A stretch of DNA of 37,349 nucleotides, from NCBI GenBank assembly GCA_013115145.1, contig JAAPAO010000346.1:1-37349 (forward strand). The letters are read 5' to 3'. Position 1 is the stretch's first letter. Each line of letters opens with the position of its first letter. This document shows, piece after piece, positions 25,428 to 36,767 of this stretch. A model generated the notes under the pieces. That model worked only from the letters and a program-made list of their open reading frames with translations, was not told the DNA's origin and searched no databases. Made by a program: the position numbers and the translations under genes. Origin of the DNA: Perkinsus chesapeaki ATCC PRA-425 (taxonomy: Eukaryota > Protista > Perkinsozoa).

Positions 25428-26150
25428 ATGTTATCTCCGTCAACCATCTCCATCAGCCTTTTGCTTGTGATATCGCAGGTATGCCTGGGAGACAACCCAT
25501 TCCCGGTGATCCCGGAAGTTGCCAGTAGCCCCAAGGATTGTCTGCATAAAGCAGTGAAGGGGACCTATTGTTGGTATATCTTGAGAAATAAGAGCCAAGT
25601 AAATGGTGGTGTGAGAATGTTATCTAATATAACTAGCGTCAAGACGTTCTCCTCGATAGAACTTTCTACCGGCTTTGATAATCAAAGTCGTCCGATTAAT
25701 GTCGCTGTCTGGACTGTCGGTGATGTTGCCTACGACTGGTTACTATGTGCAAATATTACCTTGAGGATATCCCTTCATATTCCACTTTTCTCTGAGACGG
25801 GTTCTCCTATTAAAGGTGGATGGGAGCTCAATTTCCCCGCTTCCTTGAGTGCCACCGTAACAGCTCCCTACCTCGAGAGCGCTACTGGTGCAAACAATGC
25901 GCAAGCTACCGCTGTTGCATACAACAATAGCATCGCTCGCCTGGTCTTGAACGCTGAGACATTAGCAAGTGGTAGGTTTATCGAAGCGAAGTGTGGACTA
26001 ACAGTTATCATTACTTCACTAGACTTGGCCACTTGGTATTATGAAGCTTACGCTTCCATAGATGTGGCTGGTGAAAGAGAAAGATATTCTGTCCATTACA
26101 ACAATCCGAATCTAAGTATTTTCAGTGGTTCTCTGAGTGAATCTCCTTGA
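25428..26150 (+). CDS. Secreted hypothetical protein, intronless
   Basis: ATG at 25428 with signal-peptide-like MLSPSTISISLLLVISQVCLG, several N-x-S/T sequons and four further Cys. Confidence 0.7.
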   Translation: MLSPSTISISLLLVISQVCLGDNPFPVIPEVASSPKDCLHKAVKGTYCWYILRNKSQVNGGVRMLSNITSVKTFSSIELSTGFDNQSRPINVAVWTVGDVAYDWLLCANITLRISLHIPLFSETGSPIKGGWELNFPASLSATVTAPYLESATGANNAQATAVAYNNSIARLVLNAETLASGRFIEAKCGLTVIITSLDLATWYYEAYASIDVAGERERYSVHYNNPNLSIFSGSLSESP

Positions 26151-27038
26151 AATGTACCATTAGAAAAATTCTCATTCTTTCCAGGCGCCGTAGTCATGCC
26201 TATGCTGTAAGTAGCCTTATTGAGCGAATCGGTCTATGTCCTCCAATGTTGTCCGAGTGTAGTATAGGCAATATGATGTCTATACGATCTATACGATACC
26301 AAAAGCTGTCTGCTGATGTTAGACCATTAACAGACTCCGGATAGCGCACCGATTCGGATATCGCACCAAGTGACCGTTTGTTGTCCAGCGCGCATCACAG
26401 ACCCGCGCATGCCATTCTCGCAGGTGGTATGATTGGGATCCTGTGGACGCGTTCTAATCAGTCTGGTGTGTTGATTTGTCTTTTCGTTTATTGTAACGAG
26501 TCTGTATGGCAGTTATGATTTTGTGAAGACATTCGCCTCGTTACGATGAGTTATCTGACGGCGCGTAACCCTTATTAATAGTGCCATCAGAAAAATACAA
26601 TTCATGTTCAGTTTATCTTGCTATACCGAATGTTTTAGCACCAAGAACGTCCAAGTATTTACGGTCATTTATCACATATATTACCGAATTTGTCACTTGT
26701 AAAATATAGTCTGTATCAAACTCCCAATGTAGTGTTCTTTGCATTCAAGTTAAATAATCTAACCCTCGCACACAGGGCCCTGCGCTTCAACAATGTCGAA
26801 TGAATATACATTCGCGCAAATGTCTACGCAGAAATAGCTGCATACAAAAAACGAGCCGTGAGATGCTCAGATGAAGGAAAGGCGGGTTACCTTTGTTGAA
26901 AAGCAGCCACGATAATGGTGACATTTAAAATAGTTAGGCTAAAAGAAATAGTAGAGAGATGGCGCGCGATCGTCGTGACCGCGCAGAAATAGGTCGGCTA
27001 CATTAGCTGTAGGGGCACAAATGGCGTGCATCAGTCTA

Positions 27039-27607
27039 CACCATTTCAAGATCTAATTCGTGAAAGCCCAGAACAAATTAATATAGCCCAGAACAAATTA
27101 GTAAAAGCCCACACCAATTTCGTGACCAGAGTGGACGGAGGCTCAATTCACCATCAGAGATCGATTCTGCGGTGAATGCTTGATACGCCTTCTCTATCAG
27201 TCAATTCTCACCCCTACCCACGTGATGATAGAGGTTAGTAATCTACATCATCACCTCAGTAACCTCATCTTACCCTTTTGAAGTCAACAGGTTGATCACA
27301 AATCATGACAATCGGCGAAGTTGGTCGAACCAAATGGGTTGCAGTCCGAAATCCATTCAACGTACGTGGTGCACGATGTGCACTGTGACTGCACGTGTGC
27401 GTGGAATGGTTTAGGCGCCGCCTATTAGGCGGCTTTATCGAAGTCATGACTAGCAGGTTGCTAAATTGATCTGGGAAAGAATTAATTTGTTCTGGGCTTT
27501 TACTAATTTGTTCTGGGCTATATTAATTTGTTCTGGGCTTTTACCAATTTGTTCTGGGCTTTAACTAATTTGGTCTTGGCTTTTACTAATAAGATCTTGA
27601 AATGGTG
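27039..27607. mobile_element. Non-autonomous TIR element (MITE/foldback-like), TA target-site duplication
   Basis: Perfect 16-bp TIR CACCATTTCAAGATCT (27039-27054 and 27592-27607) flanked by TA on both sides. Inverted subterminal arrays of a 20-21-bp unit (gcccagaacaaatta core). No transposase ORF. Confidence 0.8.
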
Positions 27608-27759
27608 TAGAAGTGATGGAAGAGTAAGGAGACACATGCTCCATGTGACATGGACTTCTGTCCCTTCGGTCACAAAACTATTGCGACAAGGGTGCATAGA
27701 ATAAGTGAAAGGGTCAGCACATTGGCGACATTTTACTGATGCCAGCTGTGTATTTGTGT

Positions 27760-29083
27760 ATGAAGCTACACTTGTGTACGGTGTCCTCGGCTCTCTTCGT
27801 GTTATCGGTAACCGGAGACATCCTCTACCGCAACTATGAGAAGGGGGACTACTGCGACAATGCCTTGTTCAGTGAATGCGAGGAGGAACTACGCATCCCT
27901 TGTTATACGGCTGTGAACTTGAGCAAAGGCCATCATGTAAGCTTCCCCTCGCTTCATGCATACTCACTAGCAGTCAGACTGCCTACAGAATGACTCGAAT
28001 AAGAATTGACTACTGTATTCTGTACATTCCATTTTCGTGTTTCAGGCGGTGGTTGGATTCATCACGATGACGGTACCTGACGACTCGTTGCCACCTGAGG
28101 AACAGAGCGCTGTCAAAGGAATGATGTAACGAAGTGATTTTCCCTCAGCCTTGAACTTCCCTGCTTAAACCTCTTAAGCCTCTGCTATTAAACTTCCCTG
28201 CTTAAACCTCTTAAGCCTCTGCTATTAAACTTCCCTGCTTAAACCTCTTAAGCCTCTGCTATTAAACTTCCCTGCTTAAACCTCTTAAGCCTCTGCTACT
28301 AAACTTCCCATTCCGCGGCTAGTATTCCATGCTCTGACCAAGCAGCTCTTCACGTGATATGATTGTGAATATGTCCGATCAGGCCGCCGCCCAAGAAGGA
28401 AGGCTCCCTCGGATTCATAGATTATGTACGTAACGGGGAAATTGCGCAAACAGCTTATAAGCGACAGATTGAGCATTCTAAGGCCATCGGTGGCTTTCTC
28501 TACAAGCCGACCGCATCCGTCTTATGACACCCAAATTCAACACAAAAAGATAAACTGTTGTCATCGATCACACAACCCTGGAGCGCGCACTATCGTACAG
28601 CTGAAGATTCATCAAGTGTGTTCTGTAGCGCTTACGCTGATTTGCAGGTCTACGTTTCCAAGAGTTACCGTGGACATGGTATTGGGAGTAATCTGGTTAA
28701 ATACAGTGTCCTACTGGTAAGGCCCGTATACTAGGTGCTGCCTCCTGATTCTCACTTCTATGAATTTTCATCGTAAGCCTTTCTGTACTAACATGTGAAA
28801 CTATCGTCTTGGAGATAAATGTATCATTTATAGTACGACCCCTCAGGGCAAGAAAACACCAAACATTATTGCTATGACCGCTCACGTTAAGGACACAAAC
28901 GAAGAGGCCATCGCCATGTACAAACGTACAGGATTCACCAAAGTTTTAAGTAAGGTGTGCCCGCCGGGCAATGAGTTCAAGTTTGATGCTAATAAAACTC
29001 CATTTCAGAAAGAGCGGATAACCGCTACCTTTTTGCCAGCTATATGTGAAAGATCTATGATGCTGCACAGATTACTATTATAA
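27760..29083 (+). CDS. Putative signal-peptide-bearing GNAT N-acetyltransferase, multi-exon
   Basis: Phase-0 exons: 27760-27936 (MKLHLCTVSSALFVLSVTG-DILYRNYEKGDY...), from 28046 (AVVGFITMT...), 28601-28615 (LKIHQ), 28648-28716 (VYVSKSYRGHGIGSNLV, acetyl-CoA motif A) and from 28847 (TAHVKDTNEEAIAMYKRTGF, motif B). The GNAT core is solid. Its link to the signal-peptide exon and the 3' end are inferred. Confidence 0.62.
28154..28309. repeat. 37-bp minisatellite (aacttccctgcttaaacctcttaagcctctgctatta), about 4.2 copies
   Basis: Units start at 28154, 28191, 28228 and 28265, with a partial unit at 28302. Confidence 0.97.
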
Positions 29084-30174
29084 CGAAACAGCTGGGGCGC
29101 TGACATTAGCCACCGTCTAGCGTCAACAGCCCACCTCTAGCCTATCTGTCTTTTATGCTATACTCATCTTTATATTATATTTGAAGGCCCGCTTGCTGCT
29201 ACTTATAGTCCAGCTTTAGGATCAGATTGACATGAGTTTATCTTACCTTCATTACCGAACAGTTTGAGTTCTGGTAGTTGCGTGAATACAGTAAACAGTC
29301 TTGGCAGGTATGAACGACAAGGGGCTAACTCAAGGTCCGGTGAAGCCACTCAGGGATTTCCGGGCCAGGGCTGTATTCCAACTTTCAATGAGCTTTCTCA
29401 GATGGGGCAATGAATGACCGTAGGATGCAGCTCGTAGAACCGTCCGACTCAGCAACACGCCCTCCCACCCAAGGATATCACCCAATGAGCGCGACGAGCA
29501 ATAGAATACCTAGCCTGAATACAGCATAGAGCTAGAGAAGCCAAAATTAAACGAGATTTATTTAAATATCTTGTGAGAAAAGAGCATGTTAAACGTCATG
29601 TGCTGTAGGCTACAGCATGTAGCCCTCCACGTTTAGACCGATAACATTGATGCCTAGACAAAAAGTTCGGCTTCGTCGACGTACTTGGTAAGCCGTAGAG
29701 TCTCGACCCACGAGTAGCATGTGGTGATAGTCAATCTTACAGCATTAACAGTATGACAAATTGTCATTGACAATATTAAGTATATTTTCGCTCATCATTT
29801 ATTGAGGTCTAAAGCGCATACGAAGCTTTCATTCTAAGATATTCCATTCCCAATCGCTGACGGACCTTTGTGAAGCGTTAAAGCTCCAAAAGTTCAAGAC
29901 AGCTAATGCAGCAGGTGTTGTTGATTTTAGTTAGAACTGCTGAACAGGTGACCGTGATAGCAGGTGTTATAATTATATGTTAAAGTGATGTTACTAGTAG
30001 TAACTTACTACTCTAACATGTAGGATTGTCTCCTACATGTCTTATTAAACTACTCCACCGGTTAAGTCGAATCGTGTATGGCGAGCTTGGTGTTTGTGAG
30101 TGCCAAGAGCTGGAGGTGACTATGTAACGCAACCAGACGACAATATCGATAATTAGTGAGATTTGCCAAAGATG

Positions 30175-31701
30175 TCACACTAGAAACGGCAAGTCTTTTT
30201 CAATGGACTTAGCAAGATTGGCCTCTGCCTCCCAATCAATGGGCTCTGTCGTTTCCTCTTTATCACACATACCTGCGAGTGTCTTAGTCAAGATGCTCAC
30301 GGGGTCTTGCTTCACCAATCTAATCTGGACGACACTGTTATCAGTGGATGCATCCCCACTACAGAAGAGGTCACCATTGGAAGGAGTCCATCGGGCACAG
30401 ACAGCCGCGCCTCCTTCCAGGGAGCATCCAACGGTTTTGGATTCATTGTCACCAATTACTGATGACTTTGTAATTCTAGCATTACTAGTAACCTTTTTGA
30501 GAATTCGCAAACTCTGTAATTTACTCACAGTTGGGCCAAATGATATAAATAATGATTTGATATTGGCAATGGGCTGCAGGGAGTGTATGGCATCTTCTGG
30601 ATAGGTAGCGACCAGCTTCGAGTTAGGATACTCCTTGGAGAACCTAGCTAGAGTTTCAAGCTGCGAAGTGCTCTCGGGGAGGCGCCCAAGCAACAGAACG
30701 TCCTTCCCTTGCTTCAAATGCTCCTCGGCTTTCTGGTATGAATTAGAAGGCAAAATGACACAGTCATAGGGAGCATCCGGGCCCTTCGCGACTGAAATGC
30801 TTGTACCGCAATACTGATTGCTGAAAGTCTCAACGGCCTTCTGAAGGAGATCGCTCTCTGCCGAATCGTCAAGAAGTAGTCGATACTGTCGAACATCCTC
30901 CAGCTCAACAAAGTCCTGCAGTCGGTTATCGAATGCTGGCCGAATCTGAGTTGGATTCGTCAACAAAAGTGATGTTAGTCCCGACAGCACTACCTCCTCT
31001 GGAAGACGGTCTCTACTCTTTACGAGTTTAGGGTTCTTAGCAAATGCTTCCATCCATGGCTTCGACTGTAGCAGTATGTCGACAACCTCATCGACTCGCT
31101 GATGATAAGGTGGCCTCGTCTCGGACACTTTTAATAGGAAATCCCACACCTACATCAGAACAGAGAGGAATATGGCAAGACTGGCCCGGAAGGTTACGTT
31201 GTATGCTACACCCCTTTACGAGAATACTGGTAGCAGGTCAATCCGTTAAGCTACGATCACTACCTAGCCCAGCGGAGTTTCATTCAAAGACCGCTCCAAC
31301 AGTTAATTCAATGAATCTTGCCAAGCGCGTCTTTGGTGAACCCTAGAAACTATATAGGGGAAGCTCGGCAAAGCCCTTGATGTCACTGTCAAGGCGTGCA
31401 GATTGAATGAGCATATATTGTAGACAGGCTCATTCGAAAGATCCTCCTCTTCAATAGATTATGCTGTGATTCAATCGTGGTTTTCTAGCCGACCCTACCA
31501 TAGCCTCCCAATTACATCATCTTTAAGAGTAACTTCATCTAATAGATGAGGAACTCTCTTGCTGTGTAATGTCGCTATTCTGAACTCACCAAATGCTTGC
31601 TCACAGTTGTTCTCGAATGCGACGCTTCCTGCTTGAGTCTTCTGCACGAGATCAACGGCCTTCTCAAACCGATGTCTTATTTTTTCTGGATCGAGAGCCA
31701 T
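30175..31701 (-). CDS. Multi-exon hypothetical protein with a long terminal exon (30175-31149)
   Basis: ATG exon MALDPEKIRHRFEKAVDLVQK..., a probable small exon at 31342-31301 and a 324-codon open last exon after a TAG acceptor. Faint ACBP-like and Gfo/Idh/MocA-like resemblance only. Confidence 0.55.
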
Positions 31702-32060
31702 TAAAAACTTATCTGGATGGATTAAATAGAAGTAATATTACCCTGTGGCGCGCTACTAGCTGACTAAGTGTAATAACAGCCGAAATGTTGCCTAACAAAG
31801 TACATAGGCTCCAAAAACCAATTTCAAATCAAAGCGACGAAAAGACGTGGCTGGGGTTCGAACCTGCGACCTTGTGCATGCGTGCAGGAATGATTCGGCC
31901 CACTTGGAGAAACTTTTGCCTACGACATCTTCCTTTCGGCATTTCGAATGATAGTGGGTGTTGCTCAGCGCTCTGTGCGCTCTTAGCGGAAAAAGAAGAA
32001 AATGAAAAAATTTCGGAGGCCCAAAGCCAGAGACTTGGGGACATTTCTTGAGCTTTACAG

Positions 32061-33260
32061 ATGTCGAACCGTCCACAGAATTATTCCTATATCACTGTAA
32101 TGCAATCTACTACTGACAGTCGTATACTCATCACATTTGACGTTGACGGGACATTAGTTCGCTCTGTCGGAGCGAACAGTGCCGAGCGCAACAGGTGGCA
32201 TCACCTGGCATTCGCCGCTGGCATGAAGGAAGTATTCAACATCGATAATGCAGATGTCACTGCTGTAGGTGTTGGCTTACCGCAGCGAGTAAATGGCACT
32301 GTTTTACGGTTTAGATAGACCACCACGGTATGACTGACATGCTAATTGCGCATGACCTTGCAATTTATTATGGCGTTCCTGAGAAGGAAGTCAACGCGGA
32401 GAAGGTTACCAAGGTCATGGAGGTTATGGGTGACTTTGGTCGAGAGCATGCTGATAAGTTCGGAGAGGGATTAGAACTCTTGCCTGGTGTGCGGAGCTTA
32501 TTGCAGACGTTATCGGAAACGTACCATGATCGTGTACGTCCCTCGTTTCCTTGGTATGTGTAGATGGTATTCTGACAGGTAGTAGTTGGACTTGTTACTG
32601 GTAATGTAGAGTCGATCGGTTGGGCAAAGATGCGCGCCCTAGGCATTGAGCAATACTTCACCACAGAGCCCATACGGGTAATATTACTTTGAGAAGCGGC
32701 GCATCGATCATGGCTTCCAGATTGGGGCGTTCGGTGGCAACGACTCTCCTTATCGCACAGAGCTGGTACGGTTAGCAAGGAGCAAAGCTGAAAAGGTTTT
32801 CCCCAATATAAAGAGGTACTACACTTGGGTTACCGTATAGCAAGTACGAGGTTGGGTGCTGCAGGGTTTTGTGATGAGGGATAGATTTATCTAAATGTAT
32901 CCCAGACTGGGTAGTATATTCGTAGCGAAGACTTCGTCATCTTAGATCGTGAGTGCTGGGTTGACTGGAAATCTCATAGAATAATCTCTCCTTGAAACCG
33001 AGAGTATACTTTTCGTAGGCACTTCCACGTCGGCGATGCTCCAAGTGACATTTCAGCTGCTATAGACGGGGTAATGAGCAAACGATGAGCTTTGTTAACT
33101 CTACGGTGTTTAGGGTGCCTTCGCAATCGGAGTCACGACGGGAACGTTCTCGTTTGAAACCCTAAATAGCGTTCCGAAGACAACTCCTACTAACCACGTC
33201 ATCTTCAAGAATCTTGTCGACAAGGACGCTGTCCTTAAGGTTATGGGGCTACTCAATTGA
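32061..33260 (+). CDS. HAD-superfamily hydrolase (phosphatase-like), multi-exon
   Basis: Motif I FDVDGTL, LLPGVRSLL, motif II GLVTGN, motif IV HVGDAPSD, then GAFAIGVTTG. TGA at 33258-33260. The start could be 32061 or 32100. Confidence 0.88.
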
Positions 33261-33342
33261 TGCAATGATGAAGTCGGTGACGTACATTGGGTGTCTGAGC
33301 TCCACCTCAGTTTAGCTTTCTATTGCTAGTTTCTCGGAATGG

Positions 33343-34253
33343 TTATTCCTGTGCAGTTCTCCTCATCGATGCGGCTTTGAGTTCTAATAACGCCGCGTTG
33401 GCTTGTGGCGCACGCGATACCGTGCTGGAGTCGTCACTGCAGCGCTGCCATGCCAAGCCTGCTACAGAGAATAATGTTATATTCGATAGCAGTTGATCAA
33501 AAGGGGATGCAAGTCGAATAGACACCAGCCAAGCTACCAGGCCTCGTTAACGTGGTATTGGGCAACAGCAAGAGGTCGAGGTCATGCGTGGACTGATACC
33601 GTGAGTAAAACCGGAATGGGACCAAGTGCGAATAAGGATTCTCTGCGGGATCCACATTCTCATATGGGCGCATGGACTCAAGATCTGTTGTCACCCGTGT
33701 TTATACTCATTACTGTAAGGAAATATGCACAACTCAGTCGAGGACGCAGGCTCGAATCCCGCGGATTACCTTATGGGAACTCGATATCTGCTTATTAAGC
33801 AGTGCTTAACCATATTGACAAAGCTATCAAATTGATAGTATCAACAAATAAGAGGATCGATTAACGTTTCTTGCTCGCCTATGAAGAGCTGATAATGACC
33901 TCTAACGACCATGACGCAGAGCAATGCGGAGCTATGAGAAGAGGAGTGAAGAAAAACGGAAACGACAAGTAGAACGAAGTTGGAAAAAGCGGAATGCTTG
34001 GAAGTTGGAAAATACGCGACGTGTTGCAAAACCACCTCTACCGGTCTCTGGACTTGCTCAGCGTCAGCAACCTTGGTGGCCCCTGGAGGTAGCTTGATTC
34101 GAGATCTTCGAGATACCTCGTAATGGGGGGCGACAAGACAGGTCCGCGGACGACACGTGAGACGTCCTCCTCGTCTCCTCGGTCCACCGTGGACCGTCCA
34201 CGTTCTGTCGGTAGCCTTGACAAGGATGCATCACCGAACGAGAGAATCTCCAT
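33343..34253 (-). CDS. Possible multi-exon hypothetical protein
   Basis: Same-strand protein-like ORF segments (34038-34253, 33841-34035, 33497-33694, 33343-33525). Splicing not resolved. Confidence 0.3.
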
Positions 34254-35742
34254 GCCTGCGTGGTTTTTCACGATGATTCTACACTGTAGAATTTACATCA
34301 CTGTAGAATCTACAGTAAAGTCTCTCTCGACTCGACAGACGGATGCTATGGACGAGGAGAACGCTGATCTGCACTCGTGTGGAGATTTATCCGATACCTG
34401 CCATCGATTACTCCACTGTTTTTAGGAAATGCCTATGAGGCTCGTAATAGTACGAGCATTGCAGCGAGAGAGGGTTGGCTAGCTTGCGCCCCGCGCTCCA
34501 AACTGAGCTTGAGAGGCCGAATCTCTTCGCTTTCCTAGCCTGTACGTGTTCTTGCGACGCGGATGGTCCACTTTTTTGCTGATAGCTATACTTTTCTTAA
34601 CTTATGGTATTTCGATGCTTCCCTTCACACTGGCCGGTGCTGCAAAGCGCTTGCCCACCGCGTCGTTCCGGCAGCAACACGCGCCTTGGATGAGAAAACT
34701 CCCGCAGGGTGATTTTTCGCCTAAGTAGTACTGCTTTTTGAGGCTTTTCATGAGTTCAGTCGAGTAGGTGTGATTGTCTCGTGCCCGTTGTATCTCTTTA
34801 TAGTACTACGCTGATATTTTCTAATGGTTATTCCTTCTTCGTGTAACGCCCCGACTGTTGGGTTTGCACCAGGAAACGAGTGGCTTGATCCCGCTATGGC
34901 TACAGCATGATATCTCCTTAGTCCTGATTCCCCAGGCGTATGTCGACAACTTCCTCGGAGCGCGCCAGCACACAAAACTTATGGCTTAGAATATTTTGTC
35001 AACTTACAACTTGGCAAGCTCGATTTATGGGTAATGAAGTTAGAATTCCAGTGGAGTACTATATGATATTCTGCTAGAGTTCTGAGGGTTATGAATCCAG
35101 TAGCTATTTAGTGGCTAAATCGTATACACAGTCGCTGGGAATTCAACAACCAGTTGACAACTTCTTGTTCACGGTTTCCAGTGGGAACTTCCCACCATTA
35201 CATGAAGGAGAGAATTAACCTTCTTGCGGTCCAAGCCTACAAGTGTTACATTTTCACGGTTGGACTTATCGGTCCTGATTGACCTTCAAGGCTGAGCAAG
35301 GCAAAACCACCGCTGAGGCAGAGCGGCCAATCGGTTAACTGAGCAGCTCAATTTGAGCTATATACCAGAGAACGTAGCTCAGTGTGACGCGTGTTCCACC
35401 AGCGCTATGCTGCGATTTTCACATTACCTACTGTATGACCTTCCCTGTAGTGGCCAAGCCCTTGACTCTCACGGATAGATCAAGCATCTGACATCTGAGA
35501 TGCCTTATATATAGACCTCCTTTTACGGAACAGGCGTTCCAAAGTCTGCGGTTACGGCAGGACATCGGCGTCTCTCCGAAGGATTTTCCCGCTAGGAACC
35601 TCGATCGCTTATCAAGCTGAGCGATAAAGCAATTGCGAATGCTGATTATGAAAGTTGGAGTATCATACTGGTCACATAGTTGTGGTTCGTTATAGCCTGT
35701 ACTGCATCTTGCGCGATGTTTCCAGTTACCCCTTAGCTAGAC

Positions 35743-36549
35743 ATGTCCATCTTCCCAACTTACTTGGCCTCTGTTATGCTTCTCTTGAGGCTTGGTAGTG
35801 CCCAAGTAGTGGGCAGGTATGCCTTGGAAACAAAAGACTATCACATGGCCTTCAACGTCTCTGAGAAGTACTTGGTGTATTTTGAATTTCAGTGCCTAGA
35901 TGCAGCGGGGCGGCCTATGATGGAACTTTTCAGCGACGGCCCCTACAACCTCACTTATAACCATTCTTCACGAAGTTATCAAATAGATTTTGAGAATACC
36001 TTCGAAGGCATAGCCAACTGGTATAATGCAATAAGGCTTGGATGCCAGCCCTCTATTTCTCCCAGAAAGGGTGATCTTACGAGCCTGGCTACCTTTGGTT
36101 CCGACCACGTATATACCGTCTTCTTAGGCAAAGCAATATCACTTGGAAGGGTTGCTCTCGAACTGAGCCCTGGGTCGTTCAGGTTTCCCTACAAGAACGC
36201 ATCCAGCTTTGATGGTATTATTATCGATTACACGGTTGGTCACGATTCTACGGTAGTTATGCAAGTTGTGTGCTCTGGGATCACTACTAATTTCTGGACT
36301 TTTCCTCTGGTTCGTAACGAAAAACATTTTGGTTTCCCGGCGTATTTTGTAGACGATGGTAGCCGCAGTGTTACACAGTTCCAGGATTCAGTTAGAAGGG
36401 TCTACCCCGGGTATGCCGTTCACCCAGGAGATTATAGGTATCTGATCTTTGCAACTCGCTCAACCGTACTAACTGTAGCCGGAAATACCCGTTTGCGATA
36501 TAGTGACTTCAACATCTCGCGCGCGGTGCATGCGTACAACCAGCAATAG
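35743..36549 (+). CDS. Secreted hypothetical protein with two apparent tandem ~120-aa modules, intronless
   Basis: Signal-peptide-like MSIFPTYLASVMLLLRLGSA. The two halves show a parallel pattern (G-x-Y/F...F/V-x-C...Y-x-I/V-D...GD-L/Y...TV). Confidence 0.75.
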   Translation: MSIFPTYLASVMLLLRLGSAQVVGRYALETKDYHMAFNVSEKYLVYFEFQCLDAAGRPMMELFSDGPYNLTYNHSSRSYQIDFENTFEGIANWYNAIRLGCQPSISPRKGDLTSLATFGSDHVYTVFLGKAISLGRVALELSPGSFRFPYKNASSFDGIIIDYTVGHDSTVVMQVVCSGITTNFWTFPLVRNEKHFGFPAYFVDDGSRSVTQFQDSVRRVYPGYAVHPGDYRYLIFATRSTVLTVAGNTRLRYSDFNISRAVHAYNQQ

Positions 36550-36729
36550 TAGCAGCTGACACCCAGATATCGATCGGGTAATCGACGGCTGGCGCCTCGC
36601 ACCGAACGCACTCACAATTGAGCCTCGTCTCATTTTACCACACTGCCTAGCGTTATAGTGCAGAAGTGGTAGCAGCTCCTTGTTGAACAAAGCCCCCCTT
36701 ATCTCACACAATCTCCCAGTTATCGGGCA

Positions 36730-36767
36730 ATCGACACAGTGTCGATATAGTGTCGACGACACTATAT
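36730..36767. repeat. Two overlapping perfect palindromes at the gag start
   Basis: atcgacac-a-gtgtcgat (36730-36746) and atatagtgtcg-a-cgacactatat (36745-36767). Confidence 0.9.

Noticed and set aside
31845-31920. tRNA-like B-box (aaggtcgcaggttcgaaccc on the minus strand); similar weak B-box near 33745
   Set aside because: The T-stem and anticodon stem do not pair and there is no clear A-box. At most a degenerate tRNA- or SINE-derived relic.
34430-35700. Short ORFs 34546-34728 and 34748-34975
   Set aside because: Non-ATG starts, no motifs and no splice support.
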